Shown: in pieces, positions 35,390-46,288 of the stretch | Layout of the letters: every line of letters starts with the position of its first letter | How positions within the stretch are numbered: position 1 is the stretch's first letter | Source: Thiobacillus sp. | GTDB lineage: Bacteria; Pseudomonadota; Gammaproteobacteria; Burkholderiales; Thiobacillaceae | Assembly: GCA_046292745.1 (NCBI GenBank) | Contig: JBKBQH010000009.1 | Coordinates: 10,360-74,359 of the forward strand | Direction: 5' to 3' | Length of the DNA stretch: 64,000 nt | Notes under the pieces: model-generated | What the model was told of the DNA's origin: nothing | Database searches by the model: none | Seen by the model: the letters and a program-made list of their open reading frames with translations, nothing else | Position numbers and translations under genes: made by a program

Positions 35390-36193
35390 CTATTTCAGAT
35401 CGAGCACGTCGCGCATGTCGTACAGGCCGGGGGCGCGGCCCTGCAGCCACTTGGCCGCGCGCAGCGCGCCCTGCGCGAAGGTGGCGCGGCTGCTGGCCTT
35501 GTGGGTGAGCTCGACGCGCTCACCGATGCCGGCGAACAGCAGCGTGTGGTCGCCGACGATGTCGCCGCCGCGCACCGTGGCGAAGCCGATGGTCTTCGGG
35601 TCGCGCTCGCCCGTCACGCCCTCGCGGCCGTAGACGGCGCAACTGGCGAGGTCGCGGCCGATCGCGCGCGCCACCGCCTGGCCGAGGCCCAGCGCCGTGC
35701 CGGACGGGGCGTCGACCTTGTGGCGATGATGCGCCTCGATGATCTCGATGTCGTAGCCGTCTTCCAGCACCCGGGCGGCGAGTTCGGCGAGCTTCATCAA
35801 GAGGTTCACGCCGACGCTCATGTTCGGCGCGAACACCACAGGAATCTGCCGCGCGGCGGCGGCGATGCGTGCGCGGCCGGCGTCGTCGAAACCCGTGGTG
35901 CCGATGACCAGGGGCACCTTCGCCGCGACGCAGGCCTCGAGATAGCCGAAGGTCGCCTCCGGCCGGGTGAAGTCGATCAATGCGTGCGCGCCGGCGAGCA
36001 CCTTTGCCGGCTGGTCGCTGACGGCAATGCCGCTGGCCGCACCCCAGGCAGCGCCTGCGTCCTGACCCAGGAGCGGACTGCCGGGCCGGTCGAGTGCGGC
36101 GTGCAACGCGCAGGCCGGGTCGGCCGCCACCGCTTCCAGCAGCGCGCGGCCCATGCGGCCGGACACGCCTGCAATGCCGACGTTCACGCTCAT
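35390..36193 (-). CDS. dapB: 4-hydroxy-tetrahydrodipicolinate reductase
   Basis: The 640-aa ORF is trimmed to ATG 36193 ([22 protein letters not shown]...), giving 267 aa. [15 protein letters not shown] motif. ATGA overlap with the upstream gene. Confidence 0.93.
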   Translation of the reverse strand: MSVNVGIAGVSGRMGRALLEAVAADPACALHAALDRPGSPLLGQDAGAAWGAASGIAVSDQPAKVLAGAHALIDFTRPEATFGYLEACVAAKVPLVIGTTGFDDAGRARIAAAARQIPVVFAPNMSVGVNLLMKLAELAARVLEDGYDIEIIEAHHRHKVDAPSGTALGLGQAVARAIGRDLASCAVYGREGVTGERDPKTIGFATVRGGDIVGDHTLLFAGIGERVELTHKASSRATFAQGALRAAKWLQGRAPGLYDMRDVLDLK

Positions 36194-37266
36194 GGCCGCG
36201 CCCCGCGCAGGATCGTCAGCACGCGCTCCTCGGCGATCAGCCAGCGGCCGTCGCGCTCGACCAGGCGCAGCTGCTTGACCACGCTGTCGCGATAGCTGTC
36301 GGAACGGTAGTGCTGGTTGAAGCTCACCAGCGCCTCCCTGTCGGTGACACGCTCGACGGTGGGCGACTCGATCCTCAGATCGACGTTGCGCGCCAAGCCG
36401 AGCAGCAGGCGGCGCCGTTTCTCCCAGTCGTCGCGGCTGCCGCCCCCCTGCGGGAGGAAGCTTGCGTCGTAGGCGGCAAAATAACCCGCCTCGTCGCGGC
36501 GCGCCCAGGCGTCGGACCACGCCTTCACCGCGGCCAGCACCGCCGCGTCGAATGCCGGCTGCGTTGCCGGCTCGGGGAAAGGCGGAATCACGTCGGGCTG
36601 GATCTGCGCGACGTCGGTTTCGGCCTGCAGGGCAAGCTCGGCCGGCGGGCGCTTGTTGGGATACGGCGGCACGTCCCTGGGACTCGGCAGCGGCGGCACG
36701 ATGCTGGTGGACGGCGCGGACGCGGCGGCAGCGGCAGCCGGAACGGCGGCTGCCGGCGCCTGGCTTACCGGCTCCGGTGCGGCCTGGGGCGGGGATGGCG
36801 GCGCCGGTTCGCCAGCCGGCTGCCCGGCGGGCCGCGGGGATGCCGCCGGCACCCCAGGCGCGCTTCGCTCCGGCACCGCTGGCGCCGGCCGCACCTGCGG
36901 TGCCGGGAGCGGTTGCGAGGCGGGTTTCTGTTCCGTGGCTGGCGCGGCGGGCGGCAAGTCGCCCTCGATGCGCGCCAGGATATCGCCTTCGAAGAACAGC
37001 GTGAGGCGTTTCTGCTCGGCGAGCCTGCCCGCCTTGTGGTAGACGTAGACGTAGTCCCAGCGGTCGTTGCGGAAGGGATCGACGACGAGGGGCGTGCCGA
37101 GCAGGAAGCGGACCTGGGAGCGGTTGAGGCCGGGTTTGAGGCGCGCAACGTTTTCCTGGTCGAGCGCATTGCCCTGCTGCACGTCGATGCGGTGGGGGCT
37201 GATCGGGGTGCTGGCGCAGCCCGCCAGCAAACTCAGCAGCAGGGCGGAAATCAGGAGTTGACGCAT
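36190..37266 (-). CDS. bamE: BamE (SmpA/OmlA) lipoprotein fused to a Pro/Ala-rich linker and a C-terminal NTF2-like (Cds6-type) domain
   Basis: 358 aa. Lipobox LSLLAGC, a BamE-like N-terminus ([43 protein letters not shown]), a low-complexity P/A stretch of ~120 aa, and a C-terminus ...[25 protein letters not shown]...WLIAEERV. Confidence 0.75.
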   Translation of the reverse strand: MRQLLISALLLSLLAGCASTPISPHRIDVQQGNALDQENVARLKPGLNRSQVRFLLGTPLVVDPFRNDRWDYVYVYHKAGRLAEQKRLTLFFEGDILARIEGDLPPAAPATEQKPASQPLPAPQVRPAPAVPERSAPGVPAASPRPAGQPAGEPAPPSPPQAAPEPVSQAPAAAVPAAAAAASAPSTSIVPPLPSPRDVPPYPNKRPPAELALQAETDVAQIQPDVIPPFPEPATQPAFDAAVLAAVKAWSDAWARRDEAGYFAAYDASFLPQGGGSRDDWEKRRRLLLGLARNVDLRIESPTVERVTDREALVSFNQHYRSDSYRDSVVKQLRLVERDGRWLIAEERVLTILRGARP

Positions 37267-37344
37267 GGCCGGGACACCGGAAGGGTTGAGACGACGAAAA
37301 AAAACGTATCATAACGTATTCGCGTTTCCGTTCCGGAGCCTCCG

Positions 37345-37794
37345 TTGAGCAACCCGTCCGATCTCAAGAGCATCGGTCTCAAGGCCACCCTGCCGCGCCT
37401 GAAAATCCTCGATCTGTTCGAGCAGAGCGACAAGCGCCACATGACCGCCGAGGAGATCTATCGCCTGCTGTCGGACGAAGGCCAGGACATCGGGCTGGCG
37501 ACGGTCTACCGCGTGCTCACCCAGTTCGAGCAGGCGGGGCTCCTGATCCGCCACCATTTCGACAGCGACAAGGCGGTGTTCGAGCTCAACCAGGGCGACC
37601 ACCACGACCATCTGGTATGCCTGCAATGCGGCAAGGTCGAGGAATTCGTCGACGCCGAGATCGAGAAGCGCCAGCAGCGCATCGCCAGGGAGCGCGGCTT
37701 TACCATCCACGACCACTCGCTGCAGATCTACGCCGACTGCATCCGGGAAAACTGCCCCCACCGCAAGTCCGGCAACGGCCGTCAGCGCACGTAA
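37345..37794 (+). CDS. fur: Ferric uptake regulator
   Basis: 149 aa with TTG start. [20 protein letters not shown]..., [16 protein letters not shown], and a C-terminal ...[11 protein letters not shown]. Confidence 0.93.
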   Translation: MSNPSDLKSIGLKATLPRLKILDLFEQSDKRHMTAEEIYRLLSDEGQDIGLATVYRVLTQFEQAGLLIRHHFDSDKAVFELNQGDHHDHLVCLQCGKVEEFVDAEIEKRQQRIARERGFTIHDHSLQIYADCIRENCPHRKSGNGRQRT

Positions 37795-38642
37795 GGCGCC
37801 AATCCCCCGCACAATTCGGCGATGCCTTCGATGAGCCGCGGCGTCGGCCGGTGCAGGCGATCGGCATTCACCCGCACGAAGGCGTCGCGCCGCACCGCCG
37901 GCAGGCGCGCATAGGCCTGCCAGGTCGCGCGCGGATCGGGAGCGTCATTGCCGCTCACGATCAGTTCCGGCGCCCGGCGCAGAACCGCCTCGCGCGACAC
38001 CACCGGCGCGGCGGCGTCGAGATCGCCGAACACGTTGCGTGCGCCGCAGATCGCCAGGGCGTCGCTGATCCAGTGGCGCCCGCCCACGGTCATCAACGGG
38101 CGGTCCCACACCTGGTAGAACGCCCGCGCCGGCGGCCGGCGCCTCGCCGGCACGCGCAGCGCCGCCAGCCGCGCGTCGAAATCCTGCGCCGCCGCCTCCC
38201 CTGCTTCCGCATGGCCGCTCGCCTTGCCGACGAGGCGCAGCAGGCGCGGCACGTCGGACAACAAGCGCGCCTCGGTATGCAGCAGCGGCAGGCCCAGCTG
38301 GCGCAGGCGATGCAGGTCCGCCGCCCGGTTGCCGCCGCGCCACACCACGACGAGGTCGGGCTTCAGCGCGAGGATGCGCTCAAGGTTGAGGCGCTGGATG
38401 TCGCCCACCCGCGGCAGCGTCCTCGCCGCTTCGGGATAGTCGCTGGCGCTGTCGACGCCAACCAGCTGCGGACCGGCACCGACGGCGAACAGCAGTTCGG
38501 TGAGATGCGGCGTGAGCGACACGACGCGCTGCGGCGGGCGTGCCAGTTCGAGGGTGTGACCGGCATCGTCGACGAGACGCAGCGCCGCTGCCGCGGCCGG
38601 CAGGGCCAGCCCGAGCAGGCCGGCCAGGAGCAGCCGGATCAC
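37782..38642 (-). CDS. btuF: Periplasmic cobalamin-binding protein (BtuF-like, ABC type-III SBP)
   Basis: 286 aa. Signal peptide, ...[23 protein letters not shown]...DLVVVW..., the BtuF/FecB-like pattern. Co-directional with cobC. Confidence 0.7.
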   Translation of the reverse strand: MIRLLLAGLLGLALPAAAAALRLVDDAGHTLELARPPQRVVSLTPHLTELLFAVGAGPQLVGVDSASDYPEAARTLPRVGDIQRLNLERILALKPDLVVVWRGGNRAADLHRLRQLGLPLLHTEARLLSDVPRLLRLVGKASGHAEAGEAAAQDFDARLAALRVPARRRPPARAFYQVWDRPLMTVGGRHWISDALAICGARNVFGDLDAAAPVVSREAVLRRAPELIVSGNDAPDPRATWQAYARLPAVRRDAFVRVNADRLHRPTPRLIEGIAELCGGLAPYVR

Positions 38643-39235
38643 GGTTCGATGCGCGTGCGGCCGTGGAATATCAGGCTCGCACGCCCGGATTCGAAACGCA
38701 GACGGGTGAACGACGCGGTCGCCACCTCGATGCGGTAGGCGTGTTCCAGCGGGATGTGCAGCGCCCTCGCGAGCGCCATGCGCATCACCCCGGCATGCCC
38801 CACCAGCAGCACGTGCTGGCCGGCGTGCTGCGCCAGCAGTTCGTCGAGTGCCGCCGCCACGCGCGCATGGAAATCGGCCAGCGGCTCGGCGCCTGCGGGA
38901 CGCGCGTTCAGCGGGTCGGCCTTGAAACGTGTCAGCGCGCCGGGCGACCCGGCCTCGATCTCGGCGGCCGACCTGCCTTCCCAGACACCGAAGCCGATTT
39001 CCTTCAGGCGGTCGTCATAACGTACCGGCAGGCCGTGGCGCCCGGCGAGCGTCGCGGCAAATTCACGGCAGCGCAATAGCGGCGAGGACACGACGTGATG
39101 CCACGGCGCGGCATCGCCGACGGCGGCGCGCATCTGCGCCCAGCCTTTTTCCGACAGCGGATCGTCGACCTGGCCGCGATAGCGACGTCCGCCGACGGGC
39201 TCGCCGTGGCGCATCAGATCGATGAGCGTAGTCAC
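38639..39235 (-). CDS. cobC: Histidine-phosphatase family protein, probably alpha-ribazole phosphatase
   Basis: 198 aa. LMRHGE catalytic motif, ...[11 protein letters not shown]..., HAGVMR. Adjacent to the btuF-like gene. Confidence 0.65.
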   Translation of the reverse strand: MTTLIDLMRHGEPVGGRRYRGQVDDPLSEKGWAQMRAAVGDAAPWHHVVSSPLLRCREFAATLAGRHGLPVRYDDRLKEIGFGVWEGRSAAEIEAGSPGALTRFKADPLNARPAGAEPLADFHARVAAALDELLAQHAGQHVLLVGHAGVMRMALARALHIPLEHAYRIEVATASFTRLRFESGRASLIFHGRTRIEP

Positions 39236-40356
39236 GCCAGCAGCACCAGGTTGTCGCGGTGGATGAGCTCGGGTTCGTCGAGATAGCCGAGTTCGGCCTC
39301 GATCGCGGACGACGGCTTGCCGGCGATGCGGCGCGCCTCGCTGGCGCTGTAGTTGATCAGCCCACGCGCGATCTCATGGCCTTCGGCATCGACCACGGCG
39401 ACGACCTCGCCGCGCGCGAATTCGCCAGTCACGGCCTTCACGCCGACCGGCAGGAGGCTCTTGCCTTCCTCGCGCAGGGCGCGCACCGCGCCGTCGTCGA
39501 GCACCACGCCGCCGCGCAGTTGCAGATGGTCGGCGAGCCACTGCCGGCGCGCCGCGAGCGGCGCCTGGCGCGCGACCAGCTGGCTGCCGATGGCTTCGCC
39601 CTCGGCCAGGCGCAACAGCACCCGCTCCTCGCGGCCGCTGCAGATCACCGTGTGCGCGCCGCTCCTGGCCGCGCGCTTGGCGGCGAGGACCTTGGTCAGC
39701 ATGCCGCCGGTGCCGACGCTGCTGCCCGCCCCGCCCGCCATGCGCTCGAGTTCGGGATCGCCCGCGTGGGCATCCATGACCAGCGTCGCCGCGGGATCCT
39801 TGCGCGGGTCCGCCGTGTAGAGTCCGGGCTGGTCGGTGAGGATGACGAGACAGTCGGCTTCGATGAGGTTGGTCACCAGCGCGCCGAGCGTGTCGTTGTC
39901 GCCCAGGCGGATCTCGTCGGTGGCGACGGTGTCGTTTTCGTTGATGATGGGCACCACGCGCAGCGCGAGCAGCGTTCGCAGGGTCGAGCGCGCATTGAGG
40001 TAGCGCGTGCGGTCGGCGAGATCCTCGTGGGTGAGCAGCACCTGCGCGGCGGCGAGGCCGTGGGTGCGGAAAATCGTCTCGTACGCCTGCACCAGCCCCA
40101 TCTGGCCGACCGCCGCGGCCGCCTGCAGTTCGTTCACCGCCTTCGGGCGCTTCTTCCAGCCGAGCCGCGCGATGCCCTCGGCGATCGCGCCGGAGGACAC
40201 CAGCACCACTTCCTTGCCCTGCGCGGTCAGCGCCGCGATCTGCCCGGCCCAGCGCGACAGCGCGGCATGGTCGAGCCCGCGCCCTTCCGCCGTGACGAGG
40301 CTAGAACCCACCTTGACGACGATGCGTCGCGCCTGTTTGACAACCGAATGCATCAA
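39232..40356 (-). CDS. proB: Glutamate 5-kinase
   Basis: 374 aa. [40 protein letters not shown], plus a C-terminal PUA domain. Confidence 0.93.
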   Translation of the reverse strand: MMHSVVKQARRIVVKVGSSLVTAEGRGLDHAALSRWAGQIAALTAQGKEVVLVSSGAIAEGIARLGWKKRPKAVNELQAAAAVGQMGLVQAYETIFRTHGLAAAQVLLTHEDLADRTRYLNARSTLRTLLALRVVPIINENDTVATDEIRLGDNDTLGALVTNLIEADCLVILTDQPGLYTADPRKDPAATLVMDAHAGDPELERMAGGAGSSVGTGGMLTKVLAAKRAARSGAHTVICSGREERVLLRLAEGEAIGSQLVARQAPLAARRQWLADHLQLRGGVVLDDGAVRALREEGKSLLPVGVKAVTGEFARGEVVAVVDAEGHEIARGLINYSASEARRIAGKPSSAIEAELGYLDEPELIHRDNLVLLA

Positions 40357-40856
40357 TACCTCGCCTGCTTGAGATTACGCACCGCCTCGGCGGCGCTGTG
40401 GACGCTGATCCCGCCGGGGCAGAAGAATTCCTCGAACAGCGGCTTGTGATAGGACAGCAGCGAGCGCAGCTTGAGCGGCTCCCAGCCGGCGTTGCGCGCC
40501 TTCGACCAGGTGCCGTCGGCCTGGCCGTAGGCGTACAGGCGCCGCTCGCGCGTCTCGCAGCGCATACCCTCGAAGGAAACATTGCGCGCGCCGCCGGCAG
40601 CATCGATCACCACGGTGTAGCGAACGACCTTGTCCTCGCCCACGCTGATCGAGGCCGTGTCGACATAGTGGCGGTTGCGCGTGGCCGACGACACCGCGAA
40701 TTCGACCAGATTCTCGGCCTTGGGGTAGGCGGGCAGTTGGGCGGCCACTTCCACCCAGGGCTTGTCGGCCTCGAATTCATGGTCGAAATTGCCCCAGGTG
40801 CCCTGGGCGTGGGCCGCCAGCGGCATCAGCATCAGCGTCAGCAAGAATCTTTTCAT
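40353..40856 (-). CDS. CNP1-like secreted/lipoprotein family protein
   Basis: 167 aa with a signal peptide ([17 protein letters not shown]). Family assignment is from memory of CNP1-like proteins of this size and pattern. Confidence 0.5.
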   Translation of the reverse strand: MKRFLLTLMLMPLAAHAQGTWGNFDHEFEADKPWVEVAAQLPAYPKAENLVEFAVSSATRNRHYVDTASISVGEDKVVRYTVVIDAAGGARNVSFEGMRCETRERRLYAYGQADGTWSKARNAGWEPLKLRSLLSYHKPLFEEFFCPGGISVHSAAEAVRNLKQARY

Positions 40857-40908
40857 GCCGGCATTCTAGGGTTTTGCCGGGGGACTGTCTGCACTCATGG
40901 CCGTTTGC

Positions 40909-41523
40909 CTACTGGCGCTCGGAATAGGTCGGCAGGGTGAGGCGGAAGGCCATCGCGGCGAGGCGAACCCCGAGCACGATCGCCATGCCCGCCCAGGCCG
41001 CGACGACCGGCGACACGCCGAGCGCCTGCAGGGCGACCAGCGCCAGCGCACCGGCCCACGCCGCCGAGGCATACAGTTCGCCGCGCACGAAAATCAGCGG
41101 CACCTCGTTGCACAGCACGTCGCGCAGCACGCCGCCGACGACGCCGGTGATCACGCCGAGCAGGGTCGCCACCAGCCAGGGCGCCTGCCAGGCCAGCGCG
41201 ATCTGCGTGCCGACCACGGTGAACAGCGCAAGCCCGAGCGCGTCGGGTATCAGGAACAGCCGCGGCGGCAGGCGCAGGCCGCGCACCGCGAAGAAGACCA
41301 CCAATGTCGTCGCCAGCGCGACTATCAGGTAGACCTGATCGGATATCCAGAATACCGGCCGCCCCAGCAGCACGTCGCGCACCGTGCCGCCGCCGAGCGC
41401 GGTCGCGGTGCCAACCATCATCACGCCGATGAGATCCATCTGCTTGCGGCCGGCGTCGAGCACGCCGGTCAATGCGTTGACCGCCACGGCAGACAGGCCG
41501 GCCCAGTACAGCAGGTTATCCAT
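40909..41523 (-). CDS. Trimeric intracellular cation channel (UPF0126/YadS-like) family membrane protein
   Basis: 204 aa. Two internal repeats, each with G.GGG..RD.L ([11 protein letters not shown] and [13 protein letters not shown]). Confidence 0.7.
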   Translation of the reverse strand: MDNLLYWAGLSAVAVNALTGVLDAGRKQMDLIGVMMVGTATALGGGTVRDVLLGRPVFWISDQVYLIVALATTLVVFFAVRGLRLPPRLFLIPDALGLALFTVVGTQIALAWQAPWLVATLLGVITGVVGGVLRDVLCNEVPLIFVRGELYASAAWAGALALVALQALGVSPVVAAWAGMAIVLGVRLAAMAFRLTLPTYSERQ

Positions 41524-41637
41524 GAAGGCTTACGCAGGCCGCGGCCCGTTCGCATGAAGGGCGGCCAGTATCGCAAGAATTCCGCCGCGCCGCACCGCGC
41601 TAGAATGCGAGCGTTGCCTTTCCGCCCATCCCACCGC

Positions 41638-42546
41638 ATGTTTTCCACCTCACTCAAGCGCTACGCCTGGCTTTCCATCGGCGCCGCCGTGGCGACCATC
41701 CTGCTCAAGGGCTGGGCGTGGTGGCTTACCGGTTCGGTCGGCCTGCTCTCCGACGCGCTCGAATCCTTCGTCAACCTCGCGGGCGCGCTGATGGCGCTGG
41801 CCATGCTCACGCTGGCGGCGATGCCGGCCGACGACAACCACGCACATGGCCATGGCAAGGCGGAGTATTTTTCCAGCGCTTTCGAGGGGGGGCTCATCCT
41901 CGTCGCCGCGCTCGGCATTGCCTATGCGGCAATCGATCGCCTGCTCCATCCGCAGCCGCTCGAAGCCGTCGGCATCGGGCTTGCGGTCTCGGTCGTCGCC
42001 TCGATCATCAACTTCGCCACCGCGCGCATACTCCTGCGGGTCGGCCGGCAATCCCGTTCGATCACGCTGGAGGCCGACGCCCACCACCTCATGACCGACG
42101 TCTGGACCTCGGCCGGCGTCATCGTCGGTGTCGCGCTGGTATGGGCGACCGGCTGGCTGTGGCTCGATCCGGTGATCGCGCTCGCGGTGGCGGCGAATAT
42201 CGTTTGGACCGGCTGGACCCTGTTGCGGCGCTCGGCGGGCGGGCTGATGGATGTGTCGCTGGAAGCGGAAGAACTGCAGGCGATCGAGCGCGTGCTCGAT
42301 GGCTACCGCCGGCAGGGCCTGGACTTTCACGCGCTGCGCACCCGCCAGGCGGGCGCCCGCGCCTTTGTCACCCTGCACGTGCTGGTGCCGGGCGCGTGGA
42401 GCGTCCAGCACGGCCACGACTGGTCGGAGCGCATCGAGGCCGACATCCGACGCGCAGTGCCGGCCGCCCACGTGACCACGCACCTGGAGCCGCTCGAGGA
42501 TCTGCTCTCGCTGGCCGATCAGGATCTCGACCGCCACCCGGACTGA
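41638..42546 (+). CDS. Cation diffusion facilitator family transporter
   Basis: The 549-aa ORF is trimmed to ATG 41638 ([46 protein letters not shown]...), giving 302 aa. HHLMTD metal site and a C-terminal cytoplasmic domain. Confidence 0.88.
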   Translation: MFSTSLKRYAWLSIGAAVATILLKGWAWWLTGSVGLLSDALESFVNLAGALMALAMLTLAAMPADDNHAHGHGKAEYFSSAFEGGLILVAALGIAYAAIDRLLHPQPLEAVGIGLAVSVVASIINFATARILLRVGRQSRSITLEADAHHLMTDVWTSAGVIVGVALVWATGWLWLDPVIALAVAANIVWTGWTLLRRSAGGLMDVSLEAEELQAIERVLDGYRRQGLDFHALRTRQAGARAFVTLHVLVPGAWSVQHGHDWSERIEADIRRAVPAAHVTTHLEPLEDLLSLADQDLDRHPD

Positions 42547-42917
42547 TCGCGCCGCCGTGCCCGGTAAACCCAGACGTAGATCGCGAGGTTGACGACGACG
42601 ACCGCCCCGCCCAGCCACAGTTGCACCGCCGGGGTGAGTTGTGCCGGATACAGGACCGGCAGCAGATAGTGCTCGACGAAACCGCCGCGGTAAGCGGCCT
42701 CCCCCGCCTGCGCCCGCAGCGTGTTCTCCAGCGGCGTCAGTGGGCAGATTCCCCCGGCAAACTCGATCGCCGCCCCCCATGTCGCGGCAGGCAGATGGAT
42801 CCAGGCCAGGCGCGGCCAGCGCAGCAGCAACAGGCCGCCGGCCAGGACGAAGGCGACGAACAGCAGGTGGGCAAGGACCAGGGTATCCGCCAGGACAGCG
42901 GCCGCCTGCGGGCTCAC
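42519..42917 (-). CDS. DUF2784-like small membrane protein
   Basis: GTG 42917 gives (V)[64 protein letters not shown]..., 132 aa. Start and family assignment are tentative. Confidence 0.4.
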   Translation of the reverse strand: MSPQAAAVLADTLVLAHLLFVAFVLAGGLLLLRWPRLAWIHLPAATWGAAIEFAGGICPLTPLENTLRAQAGEAAYRGGFVEHYLLPVLYPAQLTPAVQLWLGGAVVVVNLAIYVWVYRARRRDQSGWRSRS

Positions 42918-42924
42918 GCGTCCG

Positions 42925-44136
42925 TCAGCCGTCGGCGTAGATGTGGTCGCGCCGGAAGGGATAGCCCGGCTGCTGTCCGTCGACGCCCTTGCCGGCGAGT
43001 ATCTGCCACAACTCCAGCCAGCCGCGGTCGAACGCGTGCGCCGAGCCCGCCATGTAGATGCGCCAGATGCGGTATTTCTGCTCGCCGATGAGGCGGCGCG
43101 CGGCCTCCGCGTGCTGCTCCAGGCGGGTGACCCAGTGCCACAGGGTCTTCGCGTAGTGCGGGCGCAGGTTCTCGGCGTCGAGGCATTCGAGGCCGCTGCC
43201 GGCCGCGGCACGCAAGACCTCGTGCGCATGCACGAGTTCGCCCCCGGGGAAGACGTAGTCGTCGATGAACTCGGCGATGCCGCCGCCGAGCCCGGCGGCG
43301 TCCGGAGTCGCCGTCGTGATGCCGTGGTTCAGCACGAGTCCGCCCGGTTTCAGGAGGGCGTGGATCTTCCTGAAATAGGCGGCGAGATTGGCGCGGCCGA
43401 CGTGCTCGAACATGCCGACGCTGGCGATCTTGTCGAAGCCGCCCGCCTCCGGCACGTCGCGATAATCCATGCGGCGCACCTCGACCCGCCCCGTGAGGCC
43501 GCGGGCGGCGATCTGTTCGCTCACCCAGGCGTGCTGGTCGTCCGACAGCGTGATGCCGACCGCCTCAGCCCCGTAGCGTTCGGCCGCGTGCAGGATCAGC
43601 CCGCCCCAGCCGCAGCCGATGTCGAGGAAGCGCTCGCCGGGCCTGAGGTCGAGCTTGCGGCAGATGTGGTCGAGCTTGGCCTCCTGCGCGGCGTCCAGGC
43701 TCATGTCCGGATCCCTGAAGTAGGCGCACGAATAGACACGGCGCGCATCCAGCCAGAGGCCGTAGAAGTCGTTGGAAACGTCGTAGTGATACTGGATGTT
43801 CCTGCGATCGCGGGCGCGTGTGTGACGCCACCATTTCCAGCTGTCGGAGCCGGTCTTGGGCTTGCATTCGCCTGCATTGCACAGGCGATCGCCGAGCGCC
43901 AGGATGTCGCGCACGTCGCCTTCCAGGTCGAGGTGTCCCTCGACGTAGGCCCGTGCGAGCGCGCCGAGGCTGGGGTCGGCCATCGCCTTGAGGCTCGCCG
44001 GCTGGTGCAGCCGCACCGTGACCGCGGCCGCGTCCTGCATGCCGACGCGCTCGCCGTTCCACAATTCGACCGTCACCGGCAGCCCGGCCGCTTCGACCCG
44101 GCGCCGCACCTGGTTGACCAGCAACTGATCCAGCAT
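42925..44136 (-). CDS. cfa: Cyclopropane-fatty-acyl-phospholipid synthase family methyltransferase
   Basis: 403 aa. HYDVSNDFY, LDIGCGWGG (SAM motif I), and SVGMFEHVG. Confidence 0.85.
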   Translation of the reverse strand: MLDQLLVNQVRRRVEAAGLPVTVELWNGERVGMQDAAAVTVRLHQPASLKAMADPSLGALARAYVEGHLDLEGDVRDILALGDRLCNAGECKPKTGSDSWKWWRHTRARDRRNIQYHYDVSNDFYGLWLDARRVYSCAYFRDPDMSLDAAQEAKLDHICRKLDLRPGERFLDIGCGWGGLILHAAERYGAEAVGITLSDDQHAWVSEQIAARGLTGRVEVRRMDYRDVPEAGGFDKIASVGMFEHVGRANLAAYFRKIHALLKPGGLVLNHGITTATPDAAGLGGGIAEFIDDYVFPGGELVHAHEVLRAAAGSGLECLDAENLRPHYAKTLWHWVTRLEQHAEAARRLIGEQKYRIWRIYMAGSAHAFDRGWLELWQILAGKGVDGQQPGYPFRRDHIYADG

Positions 44137-44196
44137 ACGCCCTCCTCGAGGAATGGCGGCGCGATATCGTCGTCGTTATGCCGCCTTGGCTACACC

Positions 44197-44781
44197 TTAG
44201 GCCAAATCCATCACCAGCGCTGCACGCGTGTTCTCCGGCAGCGTGACCGGCGCCACCGTGTAGGCCGGCAGGTCGATGCCCATGCGGATCGCCGCGCCCG
44301 CCTTGGCGGCGGCGATCGAGGTGGGATCGAGCTCGAAGCGCAGGAAGTGCACCGACGAGGTCTTTTCCTCGTTTTCGCGTTCGAGATCCTCGTCGGCGAT
44401 CGCGTAGACCCTGGGCTGGTCGGCGACCTGCACCCAGACCCTGTCTTCGATGCCTTTCAGTTTCGCCAGCGCGGCCTTGCGTTCGTCCGGGTCGGAATAC
44501 TGGATCATCATCGTCGCCTTCCAGTTGGTGCCGTCAGGGATCAGCGGGTTGTAGGCGTCGAGTTCGTCCTGGATGCCCGCTTCCTCGAAGGTGCGCTCGG
44601 CGCGCAGCATCTCCTGGATCTGGTAGCGCATGGTCTTCTCGTCTTCGAAAATCAGCGTGACGTGGTCGCCAAGGTCGACCATGCGGTTCTTCTTGTGCGC
44701 CATGACCTCGGCGCGCATCTGCGGGCGCGCCTTGGCGTAGCCCTCCAGCGTCAACAGGCTGTCACGGGTGATCTGCGGCAT
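44197..44781 (-). CDS. DUF3501 family protein
   Basis: ORF trimmed to ATG 44781 (MPQITRDSLLTLEGYAKARPQMRAEVMAHKKNR...), giving 194 aa. It lies in the conserved neighbourhood with the CCG-domain Fe-S protein and rubrerythrin. Confidence 0.6.
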   Translation of the reverse strand: MPQITRDSLLTLEGYAKARPQMRAEVMAHKKNRMVDLGDHVTLIFEDEKTMRYQIQEMLRAERTFEEAGIQDELDAYNPLIPDGTNWKATMMIQYSDPDERKAALAKLKGIEDRVWVQVADQPRVYAIADEDLERENEEKTSSVHFLRFELDPTSIAAAKAGAAIRMGIDLPAYTVAPVTLPENTRAALVMDLA

Positions 44782-44823
44782 GTCGTTCTCCTTGCACAAT
44801 GTCGGTTGATTTAAGACCTTCAA

Positions 44824-44908
44824 CACAGGAACACAGAGAAATCCCAAAGACATCACGCTGCCAATCGCGACATTGACATTTTTTCCTCTGTGTCTCTGTG
44901 CCTCTGTG
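44824..44908. repeat. REP-like imperfect palindromic element A
   Basis: The right arm is three tandem octamers, cctctgtg tctctgtg cctctgtg (44885..44908), followed by gttaaa. The left arm is the inverted imperfect copies cacaggaa cacagaga (44824..44839). The loop is ~45 nt. Confidence 0.6.
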
Positions 44909-44919
44909 GTTAAACAGGT

Positions 44920-46251
44920 TTACTCCAGGCCATACGCGATGCGCAGCAGCGTGATCGGGTGCTGCTTCTGCGCGGTGGCGGCGTCGCCCATGCCCTGCAG
45001 GATGTGGCGCGCGGCGATCGCGCAGTCGGAACTCACGTAGTCGGGTTGCGGCTCGGCCATCTGGCGGAACACCGGCTTGCCGATTTTCATCGACTTGTCG
45101 AAGAACTCGCTCTTGACGCCCCAGGTGCCATCGTGACCGGAACAGCGCTCGACCATCGTGACCGTGGCGCCGGCGAGCTGCAGCGCGTCGCGCGTCTTGT
45201 TGCCGATGTTCTGCACGCGCTGGTGGCAGGGCACGTGGTAGGCGACCTTGCCCAGCGGCGACTTGAAATCGGTCTTCAAGAGACCGTCGGCGCGACGCGC
45301 CATCAGGTACTCGAACGGGTCCCACATCGCCTCCTTCACCGCCTGCACGTCGGCGTCGTCGGGGAACATCAGCGGCAGTTCCTGCTTGTACATCAGCGTG
45401 CACGACGGCACGGCGGTGAGGATCGCGTAGCCTTCGCGCGCGAGCTTCGCCAGGTGCGGGATGTTGGTGTCCTTCAGGCGCGCCACGGCGTCGAGGTCGC
45501 CGAGCTCGAGCTTGGGCATGCCGCAGCAGGCCTCCTTCTCGACCAGCACGTGCGGGATCTCGTTGTGCGCGAGCAGTTTCAAGAGATCGTGGCCGATGCC
45601 GGGCTCGTTGTAGTTGACGTAACAGGTGGCGTAGATCGCGACCTTGCCCGGCGTCTTCTCGCCATTCTTCACCGCGAAGTCGTTGCGCGGCTTGGCGGTG
45701 GCGCGGAATTTCGCGCTGTCGTACTCGGGCAGCTGGCGGTCGGGGTGGATGTGCAGCACGCTGTCGATCATCTTGCGGACCGGTTGGCTCTTCAGGCTGG
45801 CGTTGACCGCCTGCACCACCACCGGGATCGAGGCAAGCCTGCCCATCGCGTCGGTGCTGGACAGGAGCTTGTCGCGGAAGGTCGTCTCGCCCTTCTTGAA
45901 TTTGATGGCCTTGGCGCGCAGCATCGTGTGCGGGAAATCCAGGTTCCACGGGTGCGGCGGCACGTAGGGGCACTTGGTCATGTAGCACAGGTCGCACAGG
46001 TAGCACTCGTCGACCACCTTCCAGTAGTCGGCCTTGGCGACGCCGTCCACTTCCATCGTCGACGATTCGTCGACCAGGTCGAACAGGGTTGGGAATGCGG
46101 TGCACAGCGACACGCAACGGCGGCAGCCGTGGCAGATGTCGAAAATGCGCTCGAGCTCGTGGTTGAGCTTGTCCTCGTTGTAGAAATCCGGGTTTTTCCA
46201 GTCGAGCGGGTGGCGGGTCGGGGCTTCGAGGCTGCCTTCACGGGTGCTCAT
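44920..46251 (-). CDS. (Fe-S)-binding oxidoreductase, heterodisulfide-reductase-related (two 4Fe-4S ferredoxin motifs plus CCG domains)
   Basis: ORF trimmed to ATG 46251 (MSTREGSLEAPTRHPLDW...), giving 443 aa. CHGCRRCVSLC and CYLCDLCYMTKCP motifs, and a CCG motif (EKEACCGMP). Confidence 0.8.
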   Translation of the reverse strand: MSTREGSLEAPTRHPLDWKNPDFYNEDKLNHELERIFDICHGCRRCVSLCTAFPTLFDLVDESSTMEVDGVAKADYWKVVDECYLCDLCYMTKCPYVPPHPWNLDFPHTMLRAKAIKFKKGETTFRDKLLSSTDAMGRLASIPVVVQAVNASLKSQPVRKMIDSVLHIHPDRQLPEYDSAKFRATAKPRNDFAVKNGEKTPGKVAIYATCYVNYNEPGIGHDLLKLLAHNEIPHVLVEKEACCGMPKLELGDLDAVARLKDTNIPHLAKLAREGYAILTAVPSCTLMYKQELPLMFPDDADVQAVKEAMWDPFEYLMARRADGLLKTDFKSPLGKVAYHVPCHQRVQNIGNKTRDALQLAGATVTMVERCSGHDGTWGVKSEFFDKSMKIGKPVFRQMAEPQPDYVSSDCAIAARHILQGMGDAATAQKQHPITLLRIAYGLE

Positions 46252-46288
46252 GACGATCCTTGTTATGAACTTATGAAAACCAAAAAAA

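Noticed and set aside
36560-36930. Pro/Ala-rich segment of the BamE fusion as a possible DNA tandem repeat
   Set aside because: I could find no consistent repeat unit at the nucleotide level. It looks like compositionally biased linker sequence rather than a tandem array.
37302-37318. Direct repeat AACGTAT-N3-AACGTAT upstream of fur as a possible autoregulatory Fur box
   Set aside because: It only weakly resembles the GATAAT-hexamer Fur consensus. It could equally be part of the bamE or fur promoter, and there is not enough evidence to annotate it.
42519-42546. 28-nt convergent overlap between the 3' ends of the CDF transporter gene and the DUF2784-like gene (similar to the fur/btuF overlap at 37782..37794)
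   Set aside because: Short convergent overlaps are common in compact high-GC genomes, and the DUF2784 call is itself tentative. There is no evidence of functional significance.
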